DNA from: Octopus bimaculoides
Lineage: Eukaryota
Assembly (NCBI RefSeq): GCF_001194135.2
Contig: NC_068983.1
Location: forward strand, 110,098,079-110,162,078
Reading direction: 5' to 3'
Length of the DNA stretch: 64,000 nt
Positions 35,252 to 49,907 of the stretch are shown in pieces. A model generated the notes under the pieces. That model was not told the origin of the DNA. It saw only the letters and a list, made by a program, of their open reading frames with translations, and did not search any database. Position numbers and translations under genes: made by a program. Within the stretch, counting starts at the first letter, position 1. Each line of letters begins with the position of its first letter.

Positions 35252-38200
35252 CCTACACTTAAAAGTATTACAGCAGAATTTTCATTTTCATGAACATTTG
35301 ATTCGAAGAAAAGTTACTATTTCAGAATGTTGGACTGTTTGTATATGTAAAAAGAAACTTCAAAATAAAGAGGGAGAAACGTACCGTTCTGCTGAGTTCT
35401 TACATAAAATGTTTCAAGATCTTTTTGATTAGATATTTGCAACAATTTTAACTAATCATTACCAACCATGAACTCACACACTCATTTATCCCAAAATTTT
35501 CAATCGAATATTCTCAACACTAAGAAAACATATCCTTACTTGTTTCAATTTCGAATAAGTGTAGCGCACATCGTTTTAGTGTGGCAGTTGCTAATGGCTA
35601 ATGAGAAACCTCTTCCCGGACAATACAGTATCGATTACCAGACCAGTAGCCAGTAACGAATTTAACGAAAATATATATTTCTTTTTTGTAAATTCATACG
35701 AAATCTTATTTGAACAATGAATACTATATTACGTTCAGAATATTCTTGAATGCTGCAATTAATTTCGGTAATATTTTCCGTCGTTTTGTTAAATATATCT
35801 AAGCATTTAATATTCTTCAATAGATTGGTAAATCATTCATATTTGACAGCTTTGTTGTTTATCCAGTAGTGACAGAGACTACGTTATTACAAATTCCATC
35901 AATTCATAATTGTGTATAGTCTATAATCATTAACTATGTCAGTAAATAAGCAGAACAAAAGAAATTTCATATTTTTAACATATTCAATCATCCTTTATTG
36001 CAAATGATATAGTTAATAAGATACATATCTCTGTTACGATAAAACCGTTGCTTAGATGTTACATTTCAGACTCCACAAGACATTGAATTATATTTATACA
36101 TCAACTCATCATTCATTTAGAGTTAATGTGATATATAAGTTAGGAATATATTAAAGCTATGTTATTGACAGTCTGTCGATTCAGTCTCTCATTAACAAAT
36201 GCACCCGAAGTGTTTAGAGGTTCAACTTGTAAAATGAATAATATTGCTAAAATTGCACTTACTTCTGATTATAATAAAAAGCAAATGAGAGAAAAATCTT
36301 TATGACGCAAATAATGTTGACATCGAAGCTGTGATCAAGACGAAGTAATCAGATGCATTGATTGTGACGGTATGAACGAAAATAGTAAAATCTATGAAGG
36401 ATTATCGAAAGTAATTTTCTCTTCTAATGGGTGATAAATAGGACGCTTCGTTTTACTCTTTTGATGTAAGTCACGAATTATTGATTTCCCTATACACTCT
36501 ATGGTCAAGTAATGTTGTTAAAGTGCTGTACGTGTACTTAGTGGTTGCTCAAGCTATTAGAAAAACGTCTGCTGTTTATAATTCCACTAGGTAAAAGCAT
36601 AAAAAGTTGAACGAGCAGATTAATTGTTTTTATAAACTGTCACTAAACAAATATTTCTACTTTCAGATGTGAAAATAATTTGAATAATAAGATAGCTATT
36701 TCCATGCGGAGAGTTTCGGAAATGTTCTCTTTTCCTTGAGGTAAATTTATATATATATATATATATATATATCTTTGGATTCATAGTTAGAACAAAGGAC
36801 TAGAAGGAAGGTAGAACAAAACAATGATACTGCATCATTTATGCGGTCTATAATGTGCATACTATGTATACTCTATATACTGCATAATCTTCAGCTCTAA
36901 AAAGTAAATGTTCTCAAAATTGAAATATGGTCGGTGGTCTCAGCAATTGCAAAATTTTGGTAATTACTCTAATAATTGCAATCTGAATATATTGGCAGAA
37001 GGCGTTCCGTCTAGAGGAGATTCAACTTTGGTCTTAAATTTAATTTTACCAATTGGCATAAAGAGTTACACTCAAATTATTGGACATTTTACAAATGTTT
37101 TAACTTGATAAACCAGAATGATTGTTTTGTTAGATGTGGACCGTTTCCATATTTAATACAGCTCTTCACTGCCATGAAGACTGCGGAACTTTCTAGCAGA
37201 TAATGTTTGTAATTAGAAGAAAAAACAAAAACAAAAGTAAAAATACAAAATCGAATGAGGAAAACAATGATCTTCATAATTAATGCAAACGATACTACGT
37301 AAAGCCGTTACAGTTTATATAACTGCAAAAAATTATGTAAATTTTCACAGAAAAGTAAAATCATGAGAGGTGGTATGAAGTTAGACAATAGGATATGACA
37401 AGAATAAATTGAAAATCCCTAAGTTGCCAAAGCACTTTAAGTTTCTTCTGTATGAAATCAATATGATTGAAATAAAGCTGCGATCATTTAGTAAGTATGA
37501 CAGGCAATAAAGGATGAAGTATTGAAAGTGTTACATAATATTCTATCCCATAAAAAACAAAATTAACGACTTGAAGTGTCTATAACACAGTTGTAATACT
37601 GATGGAAGATATCTTTTTAACTTACACCATCGATGTTTGAACGACAAAAAATTATTTATCCTACTAGCTATATATGAAGCTTACGTAATATGTAATCATA
37701 TGATGATAACTCTAAAGATCAAATTATGAAGGAATTGCTGAAAATTTAAAAAAAAAAGAGGATATAATACTCTAAACGCTAATTTGAAACAGAAAAGAGC
37801 AAGACGGAACGTGACGGGACACGAATTCTTATCTGTCGCTTAACTACTCTTTTTGCTATTATCTGTTTACTCTCCTTTTCTCTCCTATATGTAGTGTATT
37901 TTAAATTAAATTCTGCTGTTTTCATTATGCTATTTATGTCGCCAAAATAAAAAAAGCATTCAAAGTCTTACCTAATATCATACAGCCTAATGTGATTTCT
38001 CGTCGTAATCATTTGGATCAAGAGGGGCACTTTGCTATATAGGGTTTTCCAACATATAACACTGAATGTTTAACAAATAGAGCAGAACATGCCCTGCAAA
38101 CAACTGCTCAATTATTATTTAAAGAGATTTAAATGTATACATTGCGGATAATTGCTATTCAAGCTGTCTCTAATCGTGGTCAGTGACGCCGTCATCCTGC

Positions 38201-38269
38201 AAATGATGAAAACGCTACTGAAGTTCCATCAGTGGGTCTATAGTTTTTTTTATTGGAAGACATAACTAG

Positions 38270-38665
38270 GCTTTTATTAAATTCATTCATTGGGATAGGA
38301 CCATTTTGGGGCAACATCTTGAAAGGTTAGTTGATTAATTGAACTCAAAGATTCATTGTATTTCTTGTACTTATGCTATTGGTTTAGTTTTGTCGAACAT
38401 CTCGCTGACGGGGACATAGAGTAGCATCGATTATCAAGTGGTGCGACACTAATACAGATTAGTATACATAAATGCATTGAAACATATACAGATATACATA
38501 TAAGCATACAAATACATTTACACGTATAGCAAGCTTCAATACAGTTTCTAACTATCAGAGTGAATAATAAAGTATTGGTCGGCCGGACTATAGTAGAAAG
38601 GTTTTGCGTATTGAGACTGAATCCGAAGCCATGTAGTTGAGAACTTAACTTCTTTGCCACAATTG
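38270..38665 (-). mobile_element. Old degenerate copy of the SINE family at 40760-41171
   Basis: Head tggcaaagaagttaagttctcaactacatggcttcggattcagtc, ctactatag..ggccgaccaa and cacttgataatcgatg blocks align loosely with the younger copy. Confidence 0.6.
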
Positions 38666-38816
38666 ATTGCGCTTGATATTTTCTCTTTCCAGCAAAGTCA
38701 TTTATTATATATCAAATTTCACCCGTAGCATACAAACTTATCCACTATGGATGTATTTACCAATGATACTTACAGTCCTCTCCCACCAATAACTTCCTCG
38801 AATATTCGGTTAATAT

Positions 38817-38819
<3 letters not shown>

Positions 38820-38867
<48 letters not shown>
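38820..38867. repeat. (AT)n microsatellite
   Basis: Direct reading. Confidence 0.97.
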
Positions 38868-38869
<2 letters not shown>

Positions 38870-38910
38870 GTTATCGCCAAGCCAACATATATATATATAT
38901 ATAGGAAAAA

Positions 38911-39095
38911 GGCAGCAAGCTGGTAGAATCGTTAGCACAACAGGAAAATGCTTAGCGGCATTTCGCCAGTCTTTACGTATCGAGTGCAAATTCCGTCGAA
39001 GCTGGCTTTGTCATTCATCCCTTCGGTGTCGATGAAATAAGTACCACCTGAATAATGGGGCCGAAATTGCTGATCTTGTGCCAAAACCTGAAACA
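38911..39095 (+). mobile_element. Deu/Nin-like tRNA-derived SINE
   Basis: ggcagcaagctggtagaatcgttagc..gtgcaaattccgtcgaagctggctttgtcattcatcccttcggtgtcgatgaaataagtacc. Confidence 0.85.
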
Positions 39096-39233
39096 AATAT
39101 CTATATAATTCATTAAAAAAATATAGGGAAATATATGAAACTCCAGTGTAGTAGTAGTAATATGGAGGAATGCGCTGTAACAGCGCGTTGCTGCATCCAC
39201 CATCTTTTAGTGATTTCTTAGTCCTGGTCGATG

Positions 39234-39288
<55 letters not shown>
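39234..39288. repeat. (TATC)n microsatellite
   Basis: Direct reading. Confidence 0.97.
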
Positions 39289-40052
39289 AGTTTTAAAACA
39301 ATGCAACAAAATATTTATTTGGCATTTTCTATTGCAAGTGCAACTCCTTTAAAAACTGTAGTTGTAGTAAAGACAAACAGCTACCATAGAATCAACTGAC
39401 AAATCGAAAAATGGTCATTGGCAGAATAGATCAAATAGTATCTAAACGTTCAGAGGTTCATTAGAAAGAACTGGGCAGATCATAGTCGCCCTTCTACGTC
39501 AGTAAAGAAAAGTTTACGATTTTCGGTTTAACTGACTCAGTTATAACACAAGGGATGGATGCCTTTTGCCAAAAAAGAATTATCTTTTCTGCTACAATCT
39601 TGACAATTTGTTTAATTTATTTAAATGTGTGTTTAATCTAGATCTCATGCAACACATAGATTCGGTGACCTAGTATTAAAAATAATAAAGAAAACAAAGT
39701 CGGAAAGTCTATTTATTTCACATAATTTCGAAATTTGAAGTGCATTGCGGAGTTTAAAGGTATAAATTTTAGAGTTTGAGATTTTAAAAATCTTGTGTTT
39801 AAAAAAGTTTGCAAAAGAAAATCGATTCGTGAAAATGAATGTAAAAAACTAAAATGAGGAACGGCAAACAAGTTATAAATTGATTTTTTGCTCATTATTC
39901 AAAATTTCAAGTGGGCTGCGGAGCATAAAGATTTAAATTTAAGAACTTTAGATTTTAACACAGTTGTTTTAAAAAAATTTTGCAATAAAAACTATATTCT
40001 TAAAAATATATTCCGAAAATCTGTGTAAAAAGCACCTTTTCCCCACCACCCT

Positions 40053-40091
<39 letters not shown>

Positions 40092-40759
40092 ACATTTATA
40101 TATACATACATATATACGTGTACGTGTTTATAAATAACTATTATATATATACATATATATATACAGAGTAACCAACCTAAATAACCAAATAAAAATTCAT
40201 AGTATGACATATCCCACCATAAAATGAAATATTTTTTAATCTGTAAAAATATAAAGTTTATAAAATATTCAACAAATTTAATGCAAAACATACTTTATTC
40301 TAACACTCCAAATCTTTGCGCGAAACGTAACAAACTGCTACTGTCTTACCTATATTCCAAATATGCTTAACACAAAAACGAATATCTATAACTACACAAA
40401 CACTAATGATTACGTATTAAACAGCAAATTTCAAAATCTTTGTACACCAAACTACTAAGTTAACAATTATCTGTGCTGTTAATTGCCCTTAATGCAAAAG
40501 TATTCCAAATATTCTTGTATTATTCGCAATTAAAACAGAAGCAACAACATAGCACTTCTGCACTCCAAATGAAACCCGAAACTGAAAAACGTTAATTACG
40601 ACCTGATATTATTAATAGTCTGATGCTAGTTAGTTATTAATAATAACATACTGCATCTTAACTACCACTCCAAACGTACTTCCGCATCCCCACAAAAGCA
40701 TTTAAGACATTCCAGCCTTTCAAACATTTTCTCTATCCTGAAATGTTACTCTCTGTTAA

Positions 40760-40964
40760 TCTTTTACTCTTTTACTTGTTTCAGTCATTTGACTGCGGCC
40801 ATGCTGGAGCGCCGCCTTTTAGTCGAGCAAATCGACCCCAGGACTTATTCTTCGGAAGCCTAGTACTTATTCTTCTATCGATCTCTTTTGCCGAACCGCT
40901 AAGTTACGGGGACGTAAACACACCACCATCGGTTGTCAAGCGATGTTGGGGGGGGGCACATACA

Positions 40965-41016
<52 letters not shown>

Positions 41017-41171
41017 CATATATACGATGGGCTTTCAGTTTCCGTCTACCAAATCCATTCACAAGGCTTTGGTCGGCTCGAGTAGAAGACACTTGCCCAA
41101 GGTGCCATGCAGTGGGAATGAACCCGGAACCATGTGGTTGGTAAGCAAGCTACTTACCACACAGCCACTCC
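40760..41171 (-). mobile_element. tRNA-derived SINE carrying an internal (TG/CA)n microsatellite
   Basis: Head gagtggctgtgtggtaagtagcttgcttaccaaccacatggttccgggttcattcccactgcatggcaccttgggcaagtgtcttctac. Internal CA tract 40961-41020. 3' end ..ggccgcagtcaaatgactgaaacaagtaaaagagtaaaaga. Confidence 0.88.
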
Positions 41172-42360
41172 TGATAACTTATATAATACTTTAACTTATA
41201 CTATGTGTAGGTGTCAACAAATCTATTGTCCTATATGATCTTTTCATTCTATTCTACTTTATTAATAGAATTTACGCATGTGATATTTTATATAACACAT
41301 TTTTGTGTAAATATAGATAGGTGATCTTCCTTTCTTACATATTTCACTATTGAACTAAACTTCCTAATAATCATAAATTTGTAAATGTGTTTCTAACTTC
41401 CTGCAACCTCTAGCTTTAAATGTAATTGCCTAAATTATCGTTTCTTGTTATATAGACACCACTATCCTTCCGATTCTACAGTTTTTGACTACTGTTAAGA
41501 GGCTATCAGCTAGCGTATTAACTAATACAGTAAACTCCCTTGTAATCACAGCTTTGACCTGACACCATTAATTCGCTAATAATATCCTAAGTAGTTCACA
41601 TTTAGGTGCAGATGACAATATTTCTAGCTTTCTATATTATTTCTGAAGCAATTTTGTTATTGTCCAATATATCAGTACGTATTCACATTAATCCCACTAA
41701 ACCCTCCTGTAAATACTTTTAAAATGAAATATCCACTTCGTTATATGAGCCTCTCCTTTAACAAACAGTCTTAAAAGTTGAGATCACTCTCATGTAATTA
41801 GATTACATGTAATAAGATTTATAATATTAACACAATTAATACTAGCTTATTTCTTCATCCAGAAATATTGATATCATTATAAATATTATTACAGTATTTA
41901 TTACTCTAGCAACAATACTATAGATTGTAATACTATAGATTACATATCTTGCATTATATCTTTAAAGGATAAAGATTATGCGTAATGCTAATACATATTT
42001 TTCATTAAACTTCACAAATCTACTTCATCATAAACATTCTCATAATATTTTAAAAACTTTATATTTAATATTATCCAATTCTAGATAACTACAAAATAGA
42101 CATAGTAGACAATTCAACCTTACCACCCACATACACAAACCTTTCAGAATTATTCGACTCGTTTATTAAAATACACAGAAAGGAAATGAATAATCTAATA
42201 ATGTTAGGTTTATCAAACGATATCGAAATTATATCTTAATCTTCTCCAGTAATCGTTATTCTTTCACAAGCCTTACATTCCAAAATCGTTTCATTCTAAC
42301 TCGCTCTTCACACATGTGATATATTTTCCAAAAGATCTGAACTTTAAAATTCTATCGTTA

Positions 42361-42630
42361 ACACACACACACACATACACACACACACACGTACGCACAC
42401 ATGCACACACACACAGACACACACACACACACACACACACAGGCACACACGCACACACACATACACACACACACACGCACACACACGCACACACACACAA
42501 ACGCACGCACACACACACACACACGCACACACACGCANNNNNNNNNNNNNNNNNNNNNNNNNNNNNNNNNNNNNNNNNNNNNNNNNNNNNNNNNNNNNNN
42601 NNNNNNNNNNNNNNNNNNNNCACACACACA
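42361..42630. repeat. (CA)n/(CG) dinucleotide tract with N gap
   Basis: Direct reading. Confidence 0.95.
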
Positions 42631-43099
42631 AATAATACTTTTCACGGAAGACGTTGATAGTGATTTCGAAGCTTTGGTCATCAGAATGTCAGACAGTCTA
42701 CTGAGATCTAGTAAACCCAAATTTCGGAGTCATTGCGAATATTTTCTCATAAAAATTAAAATCTATATATGGAACAAAATCTATATATGGAACAAAATCA
42801 GAAAGGAGAAAGCTAATTCGAAAACTACAGATCCAGTCCATCATAGGAACTGTAAAAATCTGTAAAACTTTCCCTAAGTTTATAATTTAAATATATATGA
42901 GCATGTCTAGATATGCAATTATATGCATGAGAATATATACATAAAATATACAAATCTGCAGATACATACATACATACATGCAAACTAAAATACCCTGTTG
43001 TTGATGTTGAAATTCCAATGAAGAAGCCTTAGATCTAGGTTAGAAACCGTTTTTTTCTCTAATGGCAAGAAATCTTGAAATAAACTGAATAATGACATG

Positions 43100-43330
43100 C
43101 ATTCATACATACATACATACATACTATATACGTACATACTATATACATACATACATACACACATGCACACCTACCTACTTAGCAACCTACCTAGTTACCT
43201 ACCTACCTACCTACCTACCTACCTACCTACCTACCTACCTACCTACCAACCTGCAAGGATTTTACACAAAGCTCATTTAACTACACATACACACACACAC
43301 ACACACGTACTCATAAGTACATGCATATAT
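43100..43330. repeat. Compound (TACA)n-(TACC)n-(CA)n microsatellite
   Basis: Direct reading. Confidence 0.93.
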
Positions 43331-44326
43331 ACATGTATACATACGAGCACGTGCATAATTGGCGCACTTGATTTTGTGAATAAATGCGTGACAATCTAAA
43401 TAAGCGAGGGTATTCAGGAAAGGAAATCAAGCAACTGACTCGCACATTACAAATACAATCCACAAGTGGAACAGTAAAAACATGCAAGGCTTTCCTCAAG
43501 TTTAGACTCTTATATTGTTTTTGTTATCTATATTCCAGCGATGGCACTTTGTATCTTTGTTAGAAACCAGCTCCTTCTTCAGAGGAATAATTATTATAAT
43601 TAAAAACAGAAGAGAACGCACAAGCAAAAAGAATAAAGAAAACTAATCTCTTTTCTCCAAATGCAATCAACCAATGGTGCAGTTAAAAATTCTAAAACGC
43701 TCCAGTGATCTTCTGTGTAAGTTTCCCTTACAAAACATTGAAAATGATGTAAACAGTTCCAGGGTCCTCCACTATATTGAATTTCTTGATCCAGACATAT
43801 GCACACATTCATATACACATATAAAATGCGTGAACACACCCACACATAAGCGTAAAGCACAAAGATTTGTATAGTAAAGTGTAAAAAGTGTGAAACATAG
43901 GTACTTGTATATTGAAGAAAAGCAATATCTAGCGCACAGATACAAACTATTCATGAGCACAAATAAGCACACACACACATACACACACATACACACAGAC
44001 ACACACACATACACAAACACAGACATAAACATATATGTATATATATATAAATATTATATATCATATTATATTATATTATTTTATATATTATATTATAATC
44101 ATATAATTATATTATATTATACAAAATGTAAAAAGTGTGANNNNNNNNNNNNNNNNNNNNNNNNNNNNNNNNNNNNNNNNNNNNNNNNNNNNNNNNNNNN
44201 NNNNNNNNNNNNNNNNNNNNNNNNNNNNNNNNNNNNNNNNNNNNNNNNNNNNNNNNNNNNNNNNNNNNNNNNNNNNNNNNNNNNNNNNNNNNNNNNNNNN
44301 NNNNNNNNNNNNNNNNNNNATTACAT

Positions 44327-44361
<35 letters not shown>

Positions 44362-44444
44362 CTGTGTGTGTGATTTGTGTGTGTGTGTATAAATGATATA
44401 TAAATATAATGTAATATGATATAATATAGTATGATATAATATCA

Positions 44445-45800
44445 TGCTGTGATCATTGCCAGTCTGTCTCCTATAGGTAGAAACAAGAAGCACCACCACC
44501 TCCAAAACACTCGCTTTGACTAGAACAAAACAAACTGGAACTATTATTGGGATGAGTTACATCGCCCAAACTGGTTTGAATTTTACGATTCTGAAGACGT
44601 CAATCCTGTCTTTTAAAATATCCTCAATGCAATCTGGGCTGCACGCGAAGCATCAGTGCCGCGCAAACGATCTAAAAATTCAGAAAGTAAAATTTAAGAG
44701 ACTGCAGCAGTTCGACTCACCAGGAAAGATTGTCGTGATGCTGAACAGAAATATAGACAGCATAGAACAGATGAGAATAGAAGAATACGCAATACATCAT
44801 CCAACCATCTCAAGCAAGTGACAAAAAAAGAAAAAGCAATGCTTGAGTTTGTACAACATATAGCAACCAGCCCTGACAGTAAAGTGTTCTAGAAATATGT
44901 GCGTTCGAAGTAGAGACCTCACTTTCCAGTTGTCCCTCTTTACAATCCCCACACAGATCGCATTAGTGATGATCCCAGGGAATGTGCTGAGCTTATTGCT
45001 GAATGCTATGCTGGCATTTTCACTGTTGAAAATCTAAATGTATCGTCTTCACCAACTCTCACACCAAATCCCATAACGTCTGTGAAAAACACACCCGAAA
45101 TGCTGCGACGCCACCTCAGAAGTAAGCGCAACTATGTCTCTACTGGTCTTGATGGTGTTACTTATTTGTTTATCAAATGTGGCGGATTCTTTCTTTTCAC
45201 CAGCTTTCACTCTTCTTTCAATTCTACCTTAGCAACTGTATCACTCTAGAGCCTGGAAAATTGCCAGCGTTATTTCGCTGTTCAAAATAAGCGATTGCAC
45301 ATCACCTGTCAACTACTGTCCAATCAGCCTTACTAGCTGAGTCACCAAACTGATGGGGTCCCGTGTCAGAGAAACACTCTGGAACTTTTGGGACTCTCAC
45401 AGCCTTGTTCGACCGTCACAATTTAGTTTTATCCCTAACGCCAATTACTGTAGCCAACTAATCGAGTTTCTTGAAAACATCACTCGAGTTACTGATGGCG
45501 GCTACATTATTTACATTGACTTTGCTAAAGCCTTCAATCCTGTCCCATAACAACGACTCATGGCAAAGCTCTCTGCAATGGGTGTGGAAGATGATCTCTA
45601 TAACTGGCTGAAGTTCTTCATTCTCGGTCAGAAAGAGGTAGTTACAGTTCTAGGACATCATTCTTCACCCTACGAGATGACTTCTGGTGCACCACAGGGA
45701 TCCGTTCTTGAACCCCTACTGTTTGTTGCATATATTAATGACATATATGCTAACTTGAGAAATGTTACAGTCTTGAAATATGCAACTTGGTTAGTCGTCA
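44445..45800 (+). mobile_element. CR1/L2-group LINE fragment (end of APE domain to RT motif C), pseudogenised
   Basis: DH end of the endonuclease (~44450), NWNYYWDEL..WFEFYDSEDVN linker, KYVRSK, ECAELIAECYAGIFTVEN, IYIDFAKAFNPVP*QRLMAKL, TSGAPQGSVLEPLLFVAYIND..VLKYA. Truncated at the YADD position. Confidence 0.88.
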
Positions 45801-46874
45801 GCTAGAATTCTCCAAATGAAAAAGAAATCCTAATGAAAACACATGCCTACACGCACACGCACGCACGCACACACACACACACACACACTTAAACACACAC
45901 ACATGCACACACACACATGCACACAATCATACGCACGCACATATACACACATGTACATACACGCACCCACACAATCACACGCAGGCACACATACACACCA
46001 CACACATACACGTGCAGTGTAAAGTGAGTCTGCTAACAGAGTGTTAAGTAAAGTGTGACGGGTAAATTGAAATCTAAGGCTATAGGCTTTGAAAGCGATT
46101 GGGTGTTGATACGGACTTCGAACTCTCAGAACCTTATATATATATATATATNNNNNNNNNNNNNNNNNNNNNNNNNNNNNNNNNNNNNNNNNNNNNNNNN
46201 NNNNNNNNNNNNNNNNNNNNNNNNNNNNNNNNNNNNNNNNNNNNNNNNNNNNNNNNNNNNNNNNNNNNNNNNNNNNNNNNNNNNNNNNNNNNNNNNNNNN
46301 NNNNNNNNNNNNNNNNNNNNNNNNNNNNNNNNNNNNNNNNNNNNNNNNNNNNNNNNNNNNNNNNNNNNNNNNNNNNNNNNNNNNNNNNNNNNNNNNNNNN
46401 NNNNNNNNNNNNNNNNNNNNNNNNNNNNNNNNNNNNNNNNNNNNNNNNNNNNNNNNNNNNNNNNNNNNNNNNNNNNNNNNNNNNNNNNNNNNNNNNNNNN
46501 NNNNNNNAATTCCTTATGTACTTTGTAGTTCTATATGTAAACCATGTTGGCAAAATAACATAGTCTGCCATGGATACCTGTGCTTTGGTTCTTTCTTTCT
46601 TTTTCTTTTCTTCCTCTCTTTTGTCACTTTTGCTATGTATTAAATTAATGAATTCAACGGGATACACCGTCTGCAAGTAGTTGGGTTCAGCATATTATCC
46701 TCCATTTTCTAATTGTTACACAAATTTTGGGTAAAACCTCCACTTTTACCCGCTCCCATTGATTGCACCTAGTATAGCACTAGCGTAGCAATAATTGGGT
46801 ACCCTCCCAGCAGTATACTGGATAGATACTATCCCTTAGTGGGTTGTACCCCCAACCCCTAACTCTCTCACGTT

Positions 46875-46905
<31 letters not shown>

Positions 46906-49379
46906 TTGACCTAGGCATCCGTTGAACCGCTATATTGTTATATAACGCTTCTTTGGCATCTTTGCGTGGAACATATGGCATTTATGATTCTCAAGGTCTG
47001 ACAATAGGAATTTCTTTCAAAAAGAGCAAGACAAGTACACAGGAAAAAAACAGAGAGAAATAGAGTGAGGAGGAGTCAGAATTGTCAGTGAGAGAAGAGA
47101 CTGCAGTAGTAATTGAACCCAGAACACTGAGAGGCAATATATATATATGACGCTCTGACAATTCTTCTAATACCTTGCCCTACAGAAATACACGCACAAA
47201 CTCAGACATACATCCCCATTCATATATATACACAACCATATACATATATGTGCATATTTGCATACATACAGACAAATACGCACACAAACATGTTAGCCGA
47301 AAGACAATTTGATAAAAAAATATAGCGATAGTGAAGCAAGAATATGCGCTGCATTTTTGATATTTTTCGAACATATTAGTAAAAAAAAAAAATTGTAAGA
47401 AAAATAAAAAGTGATGCAGTGATTTATTGATATTTGAATTAGTAGGTTATGAAAAATCTTTACAATTCGATGCTGGGTTAAGAAAGTTATTTGCCGTGAA
47501 CTATAAGTTATAAGCATTCACGTCACGAAATCGCTAGTATCCTTTCTTTTTGAAAGTTATGCTGGGCACACAATCATTGAGGTCGGAGTCCCTTGAATTA
47601 TTCGATGCTAGAAATACATATTACTGGGATGATGCGGACCGTGACGATGCTACACATATTTATTATTGAGTGATGAGTGTGTTGGTTGGTAGAGCGTGGA
47701 GTAAATTAGTCTGTAGAAATTAGTTACGCTATTTACGGCAATTAGTTAAATTAGTTACGGCAATAAATTAGTTTAAAATTAGTGGAGATTAAGATTGATG
47801 AATTTTATTTCAATATAATTTCTTATAAAATGGCAGATGACTTGAAAACAATATGAAATATACTGCTTTAAAATTATTAAAAATAGTTTTAAAATAAAAA
47901 CAAAATATAAAATAATAACCTATTATAATTACTTGATATTTGATATAAGTTCTAAAATATTAAATTAAACTTTGTCTTTCGACCAATAAACATGCGGCAT
48001 ATGCGTTTCTAAGGAATATATTTTCAGTAAAATTGCCGCATCCGGTTCATACACATATTTAATTGTATGTGTACATATGTATATATGTATGTGTGTGTGT
48101 GTGTGTGTATGTGTGTGTGTGTGTGTGTGCGTGTGTGTGTGTGTGTGTGTGTCTGTGTGTGCAAACGTCCATACACACATGAACACATAATACGTAACAG
48201 AAAAGTAACTTGTTACGAGTCATTTAAATTTCATAGATAATATTTATTCTCATCGTGTTTCTCCGTCTTCAGTTCGTTATTCAATGTTCAATGCTTCTAC
48301 TGGCGTACGTATGTATGTATGTATGTATGTATGTATGTATGTATGTATGTATGTGCATATAACTTTCTTATTTGTCTTCTTTTCTAATGTTAGCACTATT
48401 CCTTCTCCAGTTTGCAAATGTGCCAGAATTCGTATTGATTGTCTTCTCTCTTTGACCGTTGGCCTTCTATTACTTGATTCTTCTTGTTACTCCTTACTTC
48501 CCTTATCCTGCACTATTATTGTGTTTCTGTCTGTTTGTCTATCTGTCTTCATACAATATTATTATTCAATAATGTCAGTGAGCGCTTCTCTCTCCAGCGA
48601 AAGGTTCTGCTCGAGCGTTAGAGTGTTCATTCTCACTTTATGTCCTCTTACGAACTGTTTGTATGTACTAATTGCCGATGCAGGCAATCACAACTTCAGT
48701 TGGGTTCTTGTTTTACGTAGACAAAGGGTAATATATTTATTTGCAATGTATTCCAGTTTCAAATTATAAAAACAAAACAAAAATAGAACAATGCTTACGT
48801 AAGTTTTCATGCATGTATTAAGAACGTTTTATTCTTCAACTTTCCATCTTCATAAGTTCGGTTTATGCGATGATGTGGTCTCTTTATTCATCGGACCAAT
48901 TTCATCATTGTTGTCGAGTCTCATAATGATTTCTATCACATAATATACCGTGCTGAAATCAACCAAGGCATCAAACTGAAATGCCTCGGCAGTTTAGCCT
49001 GCCAGAGTTATTTAGTGATTGCGAAATGATTCATTTGTTAATGTCTTACAGGCTTCATTTACGTAAGCACCTCTGTATAATTTATAAATGAGGCACATTA
49101 TACATATTCAATCACCGCTCACAATATATAGTATTAAATGGGCAATCTTTTTAAGCAGTACAGTCGTTCAACAAAGGAACAAAGGGATATGCAGATGGCA
49201 ATTAGTTAATACAATGTTCATTATGTCCATCGTTGACAGAAAGTGTCTATTGGACTTTTGATACTTTATAGAAGCAGACTATGTGTAAATTCTCATACTC
49301 TTTACATAGAAGTTACAGTTACTGGGAAAATCATTGTTTACAAGCTTTCGACAACTATTCAGTAATATTTTTGTTGTAA

Positions 49380-49593
49380 GGCAGGAAGCTGGTAGAAACG
49401 TTAGTACGCCGGGCGAAATGCTTAGTGGTATTTCGTCTGTCTTTATGTTCTGAGTTCAAATTCCGCCGAGGTCGACTTTGCCTTTCATCCTTTCGGGGTC
49501 GATGAATTAAGTACCAGTTGCGTACTGGGGTCGATCTAATCGATTGCCCCTTCACCCAAAATTTCGGGCCTTATACCTAGAGTAGAAAAGAAT
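49380..49593 (+). mobile_element. Best-preserved Deu/Nin-like tRNA-derived SINE
   Basis: A-box-like TGGTAGAAACG, B-box GAGTTCAAATTCC, then GAGGTCGACTTTGCCTTTCATCCTTTCGGGGTCGATGAATTAAGTACCAG; 3' end ggccttatacctagagtagaaaagaat. Confidence 0.9.
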
Positions 49594-49907
49594 ATTTCTG
49601 TTGTTCAAAAGTTACAGTTCACTCTTAATAAATAGCTAGTGAAAGATGCTCAGAGTGTTGCATATAAAGGGTTTTGGATGAATTGATTTCGAACCAGAGT
49701 CAAGTTTAAAGAAAGCAGCAGTAATTTTTCTTATTTTAGTGTAACGTTGAATTTATTAACTGAACGTATAATCTACTTTACAATCTTTCTAACCCCTTAC
49801 TTAGAGAAAATTTGCACCGAAAATATAGTACACCCACATATGTGTATATGTATAGGTCTAAAGTATTATATATATATATATATATATGAGAATATTTATG
49901 GGAATGA

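Noticed and set aside
36668-36740. Splice-site-bounded segment (similar one at 27787-27832)
   Set aside because: The first has stops in all three frames; the second is 46 nt with no recognisable peptide. Such signals are frequent by chance.
42655-42700. CTGATGA...GAAA on the minus strand (a lone CTGATGA also at ~58598, and a hairpin at ~24128-24150)
   Set aside because: No pairing for stems I-III; such short words are expected by chance.
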